32,000 nucleotides of DNA from Propionibacterium freudenreichii subsp. freudenreichii (GTDB taxonomy: Bacteria; Actinomycetota; Actinomycetes; Propionibacteriales; Propionibacteriaceae), in assembly GCF_000940845.1 (NCBI RefSeq), contig NZ_CP010341.1, positions 2,040,001 through 2,072,000 on the forward strand. The letters are read 5' to 3'. This document shows, in pieces, positions 1 to 7,657 of this stretch. Both the position numbers and the translations under genes were made by a program. Position 1 is the stretch's first letter. Each line of letters begins with the position of its first letter. The notes below the pieces were generated by a model that worked only from the letters and a program-made list of their open reading frames with translations, did no database searches and was not told the origin of the DNA.

Positions 1-45
1 GACGTGGCCGATTCGGCCAGCGCCGATGACGGCGATTCTCAGCAT
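1..45 (-). CDS. Gfo/Idh/MocA-type NAD(P)-dependent oxidoreductase, first 15 codons only (gene continues off the left edge). Possibly an inositol 2-dehydrogenase.
   Basis: The reverse complement of 1-45 reads ATG MLRIAVIGAGRIGHV, a GxGxxG Rossmann start typical of the family. A GAAAGG Shine-Dalgarno (complement of 54-59) lies 8 nt upstream. The context is an iol cluster. Confidence 0.45.
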   Translation of the reverse strand, partial: MLRIAVIGAGRIGHV

Positions 46-210
46 CGTTGCTGCCTTTCCCGCACAAGCGGAATGAAGTGGATGAAATCGAACGGGTAGA
101 CCTCTGTGGAGGGGAGACCTTGGCGGACGACGGGACGGCGTGCCCCGTCGTGCGGGCAGCCATCCGGGTGGATGACTGCCGGTGCGGTCCGCAGGATGGC
201 CGGGGCCGAT

Positions 211-238
211 GGGCGGAGCCGGCACCACGGCTCCGCCC
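211..238 (-). terminator. Perfect 11-bp stem / 6-nt loop hairpin downstream of tal (GGGCGGAGCCG-gcacca-CGGCTCCGCCC)
   Basis: The inverted repeat was read directly. There is no U-tract, so the role (terminator or processing site) is uncertain. Confidence 0.35.
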
Positions 239-265
239 CTGCGGTTCCTGCTGTGAAGTTGTGGG

Positions 266-316
266 TCAAGCTGTGTTCTCGATCAAGCGGTGTTCTTGGT
301 CAAGCTGTGCTGTTGT
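266..316. repeat. 3 x 17-bp direct tandem repeat (TCAAGCTGTGTTCTCGA / TCAAGCGGTGTTCTTGG / TCAAGCTGTGCTGTTGT)
   Basis: Read directly. It is intergenic, between the tal stop (359) and the oxidoreductase start (45). Confidence 0.8.
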
Positions 317-358
317 GCGTCATGGAGTTGTGTGCCGGGTGCCCCGACAGGCGCCGGA

Positions 359-1435
359 TCACGGCTGGGGCATGATCACATTGCGCACGAGCTCGTCGAG
401 GTCGGCGTCGGCCTGCAGGAAGCCACGCAGCGTGCGGCGGGTGGCGCCGAAGGCGTCGAACTCGGCCGGCGTGAGGCCGTCGGGCTCGTAGGCGCGCACG
501 AACTCGGGGATCGACTGCAGCGTCTTCATGATCTCGGGGGCCACCGGCTCGTCGATGCGGTTGACCGGCTTGTAGTCCGACTTGTTGATGATCTCCTGCC
601 AGGCGAACGGCGGTGAGACGACCAGGTCGCCACCCACCAGCTCCGACCAGTGCATGACATTGCGGAAGGCGGCCGACAGCACCCGGGCGCGCAGTCCGCG
701 GGCCTGGAACTCGTGGTAGGCCCGCTTCAGGGCTGCAACGCCGCCCCATTCGAGGTGGCCGGGATCGAGGAACAGGCCGTCGCGCTTGGCGACGATCTTG
801 ATCCAGTCGTCCAGGCGTCCACCCATGAGGGTGACCACGGGGCCCATCGTGGAGGTGTCCTTGCCCTCGGCCTCGCGGCGCTTCAGGCCGCGCTCGATGG
901 CCTCGCCGGCGGTGATTGCCTGCGGCACGGTGAACGAGACGGTGACATTGACCGAGACGCCGCGATAGGTGGCGTCCTCGATCGCTGCGATGCCGACCTC
1001 GGTGGCCGGGATCTTCACGATGATGTTCTTGGTGAGCTTGCTGAATTCCTCGGCCTGGTCGGCCAGAGCCTTGGCGCTGCGGGCGAGGCGGGGATCGGTC
1101 TGGATCGACAGTCGGCCGTCGCGTCCGTTCTCACGCTCGAAGATGGGCTCGAGCAGTGCGGCAGCCTCCAGCGAGAGCTCCTTGACGGCCTGCCAGCCGA
1201 TCTCGGACTCGGAGGCCTGCGGCATCTCCTCGGCGATCTCGGCGATGCGCGGCAGCCACTTGTCCTTGCGCTTGGTGATGCAGGTGTAGGCGATCGACGG
1301 GTTGCAGGTGGCGCCCACGCCGCCGAAGGAGATCGACTGGCGCAGCTCATCGGGATCGGCCGAGTCGTTCCACAGCGCGGTGGGGGTATTGCGGGCAGCC
1401 TCGAGCAGGGGCCCGGGCGTGTATTCGATGCTCAT
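359..1435 (-). CDS. tal: Transaldolase-family protein (actinobacterial long type, 358 aa)
   Basis: In ORF 359..1468 I chose the internal ATG at 1435 (MSIEYTPG...) because GAGGAAGGAAA lies just upstream. Family motifs include NPSIA..., IVKIPAT and VNVTVSFT. Confidence 0.85.
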   Translation of the reverse strand: MSIEYTPGPLLEAARNTPTALWNDSADPDELRQSISFGGVGATCNPSIAYTCITKRKDKWLPRIAEIAEEMPQASESEIGWQAVKELSLEAAALLEPIFERENGRDGRLSIQTDPRLARSAKALADQAEEFSKLTKNIIVKIPATEVGIAAIEDATYRGVSVNVTVSFTVPQAITAGEAIERGLKRREAEGKDTSTMGPVVTLMGGRLDDWIKIVAKRDGLFLDPGHLEWGGVAALKRAYHEFQARGLRARVLSAAFRNVMHWSELVGGDLVVSPPFAWQEIINKSDYKPVNRIDEPVAPEIMKTLQSIPEFVRAYEPDGLTPAEFDAFGATRRTLRGFLQADADLDELVRNVIMPQP

Positions 1436-1526
1436 GGTTTCCTTCCTCAGTGTGGTCGCCGGTGCCATCCGCGTCGTCTTCGACGGTGGGGCGAACCAAC
1501 GAGGTCCATTGAACCTTCGACCCGCA

Positions 1527-1553
1527 TGTCATGTCAACTATTTGTCAGGACAA
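1527..1553. promoter_or_regulatory. Two IolR-type operator decamers (TGTCATGTCA 1527-1536; TGTCAGGACA 1544-1553) overlapping a TTGACA -35 (complement of 1532-1537) for tal
   Basis: TTGTCAGGACAA is a TTGTC-N2-GACAA palindrome. The block 1533-1553 is 20/21 identical to the block in front of iolC. A possible -10, TTCAAT (complement of 1508-1513), follows an 18-nt spacer. Confidence 0.55.
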
Positions 1554-1628
1554 CATGAGGAAGCTCACCTGATGCAAGGAACCAGCCACGCAGACGGGCC
1601 CTCCCCGGGCCCTGCGCACCGGATGCGG

Positions 1629-2381
1629 TCAGCGGGTGAACAGCGTCGAATCGAAGCTGTAGCGCGAGGCGCGGTAGGCATGGCGACCCACCTCCACCAC
1701 CTCGCCCTTGTCGTCGTAGGTGGTGCGCGTCATGGTCAGCAGCGCTGCGCCACGGGGTTCCAGCAGCACCTCGGCGTCGGCCTTGGTGGCATTGCGCGCA
1801 CCGATGGACTGATGGGCCGTCGACAGGTGGATCTCGCGCTTGCGTAGCAGGTCGTAGAGGCCGCCGGTCTCCAGTTCCTCACTGGTGGGGGCGATGCGGG
1901 CCGGCACCAGGTTCGTCAGCAGCGCGATCGGCTCACCGTCGGCATTGCGCAGCCGCCGGATCGACACGATCTCGGTGCCGGTCGGCACCGACAGCCATTC
2001 GGCCTCGTCCTCCGTGGCGCCGCGGGTGACATAGTCCAGCACGCGCGTGGTGGGGTGGTGTCCCGCCTGGGCGAGGTCGGCATTGAGGCTGGTCAGTTCC
2101 ACCGGACGATGCACCTGGGTGGGTGCCACCGCAGTGCCCACGCCCCGACGGCGCACCACCAATCCCCCGTCCACGAGGCGCTGCAACGCCTTGCGGGCAG
2201 TGGGACGCGAGACCGCCAGCCGCTTGGCCATCGACAGCTCGTCCTCAAGCCTGGTGCCCGGCTCGAGCGCGCCATCGAGGATGAGCTTGCTGATGGGCTC
2301 GGAGATCTGGAAATACAATGGCACGGGGCTGGAACGGTCAAGGCTGACCTTGGGCACATAGACGTCTGTGCGAGCGGCCAT
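1629..2381 (-). CDS. iolR: GntR-family (HutC/UTRA subfamily) transcriptional regulator, IolR-like repressor of inositol genes
   Basis: N-terminal winged HTH (LPSE-like EDELSMAKRLAVSRPTARKALQRLVDGGLVVRRRGVGTAV) followed by a UTRA-like C-terminal domain. Start moved to the ATG at 2381 (MAARTDV...), which has GAGGGGAG 8 nt upstream. The gene is divergent from iolC. Confidence 0.85.
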   Translation of the reverse strand: MAARTDVYVPKVSLDRSSPVPLYFQISEPISKLILDGALEPGTRLEDELSMAKRLAVSRPTARKALQRLVDGGLVVRRRGVGTAVAPTQVHRPVELTSLNADLAQAGHHPTTRVLDYVTRGATEDEAEWLSVPTGTEIVSIRRLRNADGEPIALLTNLVPARIAPTSEELETGGLYDLLRKREIHLSTAHQSIGARNATKADAEVLLEPRGAALLTMTRTTYDDKGEVVEVGRHAYRASRYSFDSTLFTR

Positions 2382-2515
2382 GGGTGGGGCTCCCCTCGAT
2401 CCAATACATGTGTCGCGCCGGGAGCGCGACATCGGGTGGTTGCACGTGGGTGCCACGACGGTCGTCCATGACCGTGATGACACGCCAACAATACGCCATG
2501 AGCGTCAGTTGATAC

Positions 2516-2529
2516 TTTGTCATGACAAA
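2516..2529. promoter_or_regulatory. Perfect 14-bp palindrome TTTGTCATGACAAA in the iolR/iolC divergent region, flanked by AGTTGA direct repeats (2507-2512, 2531-2536). Putative IolR operator.
   Basis: Palindrome read directly. It is immediately followed by ATAGTTGACC (a -35-like TTGACC at 2533-2538), the same arrangement as upstream of tal. Confidence 0.6.
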
Positions 2530-2654
2530 TAGTTGACCTCGCCAGACCTTCGTGCGACAGTTGTTCCACGACGCATCCGGGCCCCGATCGACCACCGATC
2601 CCGCGGCCGGAACATCGCTCAAGTTGTCACCCAAAGACGGGAAGGATCAACGCC

Positions 2655-3644
2655 GTGGCCACCTCCAGAACCCCCTCCGTGGAAGTCCTCACGATCGGAC
2701 GCATCGGAGTGGACATCTATCCGCTCGAGATCGGTCGTGGCCTGGAGGACGTGGAAACCTTCGGCAAGTTCCTGGGCGGCAGCCCCACGAACGTGGCCGT
2801 GGCCGCCGCCCGCTACAAGCACTCCTCCGCAGTGATCACCGGCGTCGGCGACGACGGCTTCGGTCGCTTCCTGCGCCAGGAGATGCGCCGCCTGGGCGTC
2901 TACGACGACTTCGTGGTGACCTCGGAGAGCCTCAAGACCCCGGTCACCTTCTGTGAGATCTTCCCGCCCGACAACTTCCCGCTGTACTTCTACCGCCAGC
3001 CTTCGGCCCCCGACCTGCAGCTGCGCCCCGACGACCTGCCCCTGGAGGCGGTCAAGGACTCGGCGATCTTCTGGATCTCGGTCACCGGCCTGAGCGAGGA
3101 GCCCTCGCGCAGCACCCACCACGTGGCGCTGGACGCCCGCGATCGCCGCGGCATCACGATTGCCGACCTCGACTACCGCTCGCAGTTCTGGAGCAGCCCG
3201 CAGGCCGCCCACGAACAGGTGGCCCGCATCCTGCCCAAGGTGAGCGTGGCCATCGGCAACCGCGAGGAGTGCGAGGTCGCGGTCGGTGAGACCGATCCCG
3301 AGCGTGCCGCGGACGCCCTGCTGGACGCCGGCGTCGAGCTGGCGATCGTCAAGCAGGGCCTGCAGGGCACGCTGGCGAAGACCCGCAACGAGCGCGTCGA
3401 GATGCCCATCACCCCGGTGGAGACGAAGAACGGCCTGGGCGCCGGCGATGCCTTCGGCGGCGCCGTGTGCCACGGACTGCTTGAGGGCTGGCCCCTGGAG
3501 AAGATCATCTTCGCCGCATCCACCGCCGGAGCCATCGTGAGCTCGCGCATCGAATGCTCCACCGCGATGCCCACCGAGCCCGAGCTGCTGGCCGTGATGC
3601 GCGACAACCATGACTCCGTGGCGCCCGAACTGGAAGAGGTCTGA
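2655..3644 (+). CDS. iolC: 5-dehydro-2-deoxygluconokinase (PfkB/ribokinase family)
   Basis: 329-aa ORF with a GTG start preceded by GGGAAGGA. PfkB signatures are present (GGSPTNVAVAAAR; C-terminal GAGDAFGGA). It is first in an iolC-aldolase-iolB-iolD-iolA gene order. Confidence 0.88.
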   Translation: MATSRTPSVEVLTIGRIGVDIYPLEIGRGLEDVETFGKFLGGSPTNVAVAAARYKHSSAVITGVGDDGFGRFLRQEMRRLGVYDDFVVTSESLKTPVTFCEIFPPDNFPLYFYRQPSAPDLQLRPDDLPLEAVKDSAIFWISVTGLSEEPSRSTHHVALDARDRRGITIADLDYRSQFWSSPQAAHEQVARILPKVSVAIGNREECEVAVGETDPERAADALLDAGVELAIVKQGLQGTLAKTRNERVEMPITPVETKNGLGAGDAFGGAVCHGLLEGWPLEKIIFAASTAGAIVSSRIECSTAMPTEPELLAVMRDNHDSVAPELEEV

Positions 3645-3646
3645 GG

Positions 3647-4516
3647 ATGTCCTTGCTGTCCCGGATCGTCGACGTGCGCATGCACCATCCCGAGCGCATC
3701 GCCGAGCGCCTGACTGATCGTCCCCGCGGCACGATGCCCGCCGGCGACGAGAAGCTGATGATCATCGCCTGCGACCACCCCGCCCGCGGCGCGCTGTCGG
3801 CTGGTGGCAGCCCCACGGCGATGGCCTCGCGCGAGGAGATACTGCAGCGCTGCGTCACCGCGCTGTCGCGTCCCGGCGTCAATGGCTTCCTCGGCACGGC
3901 CGACATCATCGAGGACCTGGCCCTGCTGGGCGCCCTGGACGGCAAGCTCGTCTTCGGGTCGATGAACCGCGGCGGCCTGGCCGGCGCCTCCTTCGAGATG
4001 GACGACCGACGCACCGGCTACGACGCCCGCGGCGTGGTGGCCTCGCACCTCGACGGCGGCAAGATGCTGCTGCGCATCAACTATTCCGACGACGCCACCG
4101 CCGCCACGCTGGCCTGGTGCGCCAAGGCCGTCGACGAGCTCGCCGAGGCCAGGGTGATGGCCATGGTGGAGCCGTTCGTGTCCCGCTGGGACGACGGGCG
4201 CGTGGTCAACGAGCTGTCACCCGAGGCCGTGATGACCTCCATGACGATCGCCTCGGGCCTGGGCCGCACGTCGGCGTACACCTGGCTGAAGCTGCCCGCG
4301 GTGGACAACATGGAACAGGTGATGGAGGCCTCGAGCCTGCCGGCGCTCATCCTCGGTGGCGCGGTGAACTCCGATCCGGCGAAGGCCCGCGAGTCCTGGC
4401 GCAGGGCGTTGGCCCTGCCCACTGTCAAGGGACTGGTGATCGGACGGTCCCTCCTCTTCCCGCCCGGCGACGATGTTGCGGCGGCTGTCGACGAAACGGT
4501 AGGTCTGCTTGCATGA
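3647..4516 (+). CDS. Class-I-aldolase-like (beta/alpha)8 protein (DeoC/FbaB/LacD-like). Probable 5-dehydro-2-deoxyphosphogluconate aldolase, functionally equivalent to IolJ.
   Basis: 289-aa ORF starting 3 nt after the iolC stop and overlapping the iolB start (ATGA at 4513-4516). It has a WLKLP segment like the Schiff-base lysine strand of DhnA-type aldolases. Its position matches the iolJ slot. Confidence 0.65.
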   Translation: MSLLSRIVDVRMHHPERIAERLTDRPRGTMPAGDEKLMIIACDHPARGALSAGGSPTAMASREEILQRCVTALSRPGVNGFLGTADIIEDLALLGALDGKLVFGSMNRGGLAGASFEMDDRRTGYDARGVVASHLDGGKMLLRINYSDDATAATLAWCAKAVDELAEARVMAMVEPFVSRWDDGRVVNELSPEAVMTSMTIASGLGRTSAYTWLKLPAVDNMEQVMEASSLPALILGGAVNSDPAKARESWRRALALPTVKGLVIGRSLLFPPGDDVAAAVDETVGLLA

Positions 4517-5385
4517 GTGACAACAACGAAGACATCTACGTAGCGGCCAACTCCTCCGGCCACGGCGACTTCTCGGTGGACATCTCCCCCGAGCGCGCCG
4601 GTTGGGGATTCTCGGGCCTCAAGGTGCTCAACCTCGCCCCCGGCGAGAAGCAGGAACTGGCCACCGGACCCGACGAGATCCTGGTGCTGCCGCTGTCGGG
4701 TTCCTGCGATGTCACGGTGGACGGCAAGGACTACCACCTCGACGGACGCAGCGGCGTCTTCGCCGAGATCACTGACTTCCTCTATGTGGGCCGCAACGAG
4801 GCGCCGACCATCACCTCGAAGGACGGTGGCCGTTTCGCGCTGCCCAGCGCGCGGGCCTCACGGGCCCTGCCGACGCAGTACTACGGCCGTGACAAGGTGC
4901 GCGTCGACCTGCGCGGTGCCGGTGACTGCTCGCGCCAGGTGAACAACTATGCGCTGGCCAATGGCGTGGAGACCTCCCACCTGCTGTGCTGCGAGGTGCT
5001 GACCCCCGGCGGCAACTGGTCGTCATATCCGGCGCACAAGCACGACGAGACCACTGCCGACGAGCGTGAGCTCGAGGAGATCTACTACTTCGAGATCGCC
5101 CAGGGCCCCACCGGCGAGGGCTTTGCCTTCCACCGCACCTATGGCACCCCCGATCGTCCGATCGAGCTGACCAAGGAGGTGCACTCCGGCGATGTCGTGC
5201 TCATCCCGCACGGATATCATGGGCCCACCGTGGCCGCTCCCGGTTACGACCTCCACTACCTCAATGTGATGGCCGGACCTGCCGAGGACCTGGTGTGGAT
5301 GTCCACCGATGATCCGCACTACCACTGGATTCGTGACACCTGGGAACACGAGGCGATCGATCCCCGGCTTCCGATGGCGCACTGA
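4513..5385 (+). CDS. iolB: 5-deoxy-glucuronate isomerase
   Basis: The C-terminal 290 aa of ORF 4117..5385, from ATG 4513 (MSDNNEDIYV...). Cupin-type IolB motifs are present (SSYPAHKHD...EEIYYF...HGYHGP). The upstream part of the ORF overlaps the preceding gene and was discarded. Confidence 0.9.
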   Translation: MSDNNEDIYVAANSSGHGDFSVDISPERAGWGFSGLKVLNLAPGEKQELATGPDEILVLPLSGSCDVTVDGKDYHLDGRSGVFAEITDFLYVGRNEAPTITSKDGGRFALPSARASRALPTQYYGRDKVRVDLRGAGDCSRQVNNYALANGVETSHLLCCEVLTPGGNWSSYPAHKHDETTADERELEEIYYFEIAQGPTGEGFAFHRTYGTPDRPIELTKEVHSGDVVLIPHGYHGPTVAAPGYDLHYLNVMAGPAEDLVWMSTDDPHYHWIRDTWEHEAIDPRLPMAH

Positions 5386-5484
5386 CCACCGCATTCCCCC
5401 GTCTCCAAGAACACCGGGGCCCTCCCCGTTACTGAAAGCACTGGGCTCCCGCCCCAGGTCACTGACACTGAAAGAAGGCACGAC

Positions 5485-7392
5485 GTGAGCAACGAGGCAT
5501 ACTCCGCGACGATCCGGCTCACCACGGCTCAGGCGACGATCCGTTTCCTGACCAACCAGTACTCGGAGCGTGATGGCGTCGAACAGCGGCTCATCGCGGG
5601 CGCATTCGGCATCTTCGGCCACGGCAATGTCGCCGGCATCGGCCAGGCGCTGTTGCAGAACGAGATCGACCGTGACGAGGGCGAGGGCGCGATGCCCTAC
5701 ATCATGCCCCGCAACGAGCAGGGCCAGGTGCATGCCGCCGTGGCCTACGCCCGCACCAAGAACCGCCTGCAGACGATGATGTGCACCGCCTCGATCGGAC
5801 CGGGCTCGCTCAACATGGTGACCGGCGCCGCGCTGGCCACCACCAATCGCATCCCCGTGCTGCTCTTCCCCTCCGACCAGTTCGCCAACCGCATCCCCGA
5901 CCCGGTGCTGCAGCAGCTGGAGGACCCCACCACCCTGGACGTGACGGTCAATGACTGCTTCCGTCCGGTGTCGCGCTTCTTCGACCGCATCAACCGTCCC
6001 GAGCAGCTGATCCCCTCGCTGCTCAATGCGATGCGGGTGCTCACCGACCCGGCCGAGACCGGCGCGGTGACCGTTGCCATGCCCCAGGACGTGCAGGCCG
6101 AGGCCTTCGACTGGCCGGTGGAGTTTTTCCGCAAGCGCGTGTGGCATGTGCGCCGTCCGGTGCCCGAGCCCGCCGCGCTCGACCGCGCCGTGGCGCTGAT
6201 CCGGGCCGCCAAGCGTCCGTTGGTGATCAGCGGCGGCGGCACCATCTACTCCGAGGCCCCCCAGGAGCTGCGCGAGCTGGCGACCAATACCGGCATCCCG
6301 GTGGCCGACACCCAGGCCGGCAAGGGCGCCATCAGCTTCGAGAACCCCGCCTCGGTGGGCGGTGTGGGATCGACCGGCTGCGACGCCGCCAACCACCTGG
6401 CCGACAAGGCCGACCTCATCATCGGCATCGGCACCCGCTATTCCGATTTCACCACGGCCTCGAAGACCCAGTTCAAGAACCCCGACGTGAAGTTCGTCAA
6501 CGTGAACGTGCGCTCCTTCGACGCCGCCAAGGAATCGGCCGAGATGGTGGTGGCCGATGCCCGCGAGACGCTGCTGGCGCTGATCGACCGGCTGGCCGAC
6601 TACCACGTGGATGATGCCTACACCGACGAGATCCATGCCGAGCGCAAGGCCTGGTTCGAGGTCACGCAGCGTTGCTACCACCTGGACCACCAGCCGCTGC
6701 CCGCCCAGACGGAGGTCTTCGGCGCGCTCAACGAGCTGATGGGCCCCGAGGACATCGTGATCAACGCGGCCGGCTCGATGCCCGGCGACCTCCAGGCACT
6801 GTGGCAGGCCAAGACGCCCACGCAGTACCACGTGGAGTACGCGTTCTCGACCATGGGCTATGAGATTCCGGCGGCCATGGGCGTCAAGCTCGCCCGCCCG
6901 GAGTCCGAGGTGGTCTCGATCGTCGGTGACGGCACCTACCAGATGCTGCCCGCCGAGCTGGCGACGGTGACCCAGGAGCACATCAAGGTGATCTACGTGC
7001 TGCTGGACAACTACGGCTACAGCTCGATCGGCTCGCTGTCGGAGTCGCACGGCTCCCAGCGCTTCGGCACGAAGTACCGCGAGCGCGGCGAGGGAAGCCA
7101 CCTGGACGACACCGAGCACGTGGTCGGCGTGGACATCGCGGCGAATGCCCGCTCGTGGGGCATCGAGGTGCTCGAGGTGCACACGATCGAGGAGTTCCGG
7201 GCTGCCTATGAGCAGGCCCACGCCTCCGATCGCGCGACGATGATCCACATCGAGACCGACCTGTACGGCCCCAACCCGCCCGGCTCGAGCTGGTGGGACG
7301 TGGTGGTCTCGGAGACCTCGCGCCTGGAGTCCACGCAGCAGGCCCGCGCGCAGTACGAACAGGATCGGCGCCCCCAGCGCCACTACCTGTAG
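5485..7392 (+). CDS. iolD: 3D-(3,5/4)-trihydroxycyclohexane-1,2-dione acylhydrolase (TPP-dependent, decyclizing)
   Basis: 635-aa ORF with a GTG start preceded by GAAAGAAGG. It has the TPP-enzyme architecture (N-terminal TIRLTTAQATIRFL..., C-terminal GDGTYQMLPAEL...) typical of IolD. Confidence 0.9.
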   Translation: MSNEAYSATIRLTTAQATIRFLTNQYSERDGVEQRLIAGAFGIFGHGNVAGIGQALLQNEIDRDEGEGAMPYIMPRNEQGQVHAAVAYARTKNRLQTMMCTASIGPGSLNMVTGAALATTNRIPVLLFPSDQFANRIPDPVLQQLEDPTTLDVTVNDCFRPVSRFFDRINRPEQLIPSLLNAMRVLTDPAETGAVTVAMPQDVQAEAFDWPVEFFRKRVWHVRRPVPEPAALDRAVALIRAAKRPLVISGGGTIYSEAPQELRELATNTGIPVADTQAGKGAISFENPASVGGVGSTGCDAANHLADKADLIIGIGTRYSDFTTASKTQFKNPDVKFVNVNVRSFDAAKESAEMVVADARETLLALIDRLADYHVDDAYTDEIHAERKAWFEVTQRCYHLDHQPLPAQTEVFGALNELMGPEDIVINAAGSMPGDLQALWQAKTPTQYHVEYAFSTMGYEIPAAMGVKLARPESEVVSIVGDGTYQMLPAELATVTQEHIKVIYVLLDNYGYSSIGSLSESHGSQRFGTKYRERGEGSHLDDTEHVVGVDIAANARSWGIEVLEVHTIEEFRAAYEQAHASDRATMIHIETDLYGPNPPGSSWWDVVVSETSRLESTQQARAQYEQDRRPQRHYL

Positions 7393-7551
7393 GACCACCG
7401 GCCCCCGCGGCCGGATTGTGAGCACGTCAGCCCTCATCGGCTGATCGTGGTGGCCATGACGGCTGCCACCGGCTCATGGCGACGATCGCAAGGTCGTCGC
7501 GAACTGCAGGCTGGGACCCAACCGTCGCAGCCTGCGGGAGGAAGCAACACC

Positions 7552-7594
7552 GGGCGCGCAACCCGGGGCAATGGAGACCCCCGCGCGCCCTTTT
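7552..7594 (+). terminator. GC-rich bulged hairpin (GGGCGCGC...GCGCGCCC) followed by TTTT, inside the iolD-iolA spacer
   Basis: An 8-bp outer stem plus a 4-bp inner stem were read directly, followed by the T-run 7591-7594. It could be a partial terminator or attenuator, since iolA follows 64 nt later. Confidence 0.35.
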
Positions 7595-7657
7595 CCGCAG
7601 GACCCCGTCCCGGGGCTCCGGGAAGCAGAATGCAGAAGAAGAATGAAAGGAACAGCC

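Noticed and set aside
4117-4512. N-terminal extensions in the ORF track: 4117-4512 for iolB, 7571-7657 for iolA, 9375-9500 for iolT, 15700-15894 for fba, 17337-18179 for trmH, 16518-17396 for dedA, 21774-21998 for OPT, 21785-21847 for the methyltransferase, 2382-2483 for iolR, 1436-1468 for tal, 12664-12699 for the ADH, and 14424-14483 for the small membrane ORF.
   Set aside because: The extensions overlap neighbouring genes or regulatory palindromes, have atypical composition and lack an SD. In each case an internal start with an SD gives the family-typical N-terminus and length.
5023-7437. 804-aa ORF antisense to iolD. Similar long antisense or alternative-frame ORFs occur at 25626..28631 (+, 1001 aa), 21693..23945 (-, 750 aa), 14686..16893 (+, 735 aa), 24090..25580 (+, 496 aa) and 2619..3611 (-).
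   Set aside because: Their translations are Arg/Gly/Ala/His/Asp-rich low-complexity strings with no recognisable motifs. They exactly shadow well-supported genes on the other strand. Long stop-free antisense frames are expected in DNA this GC-rich.
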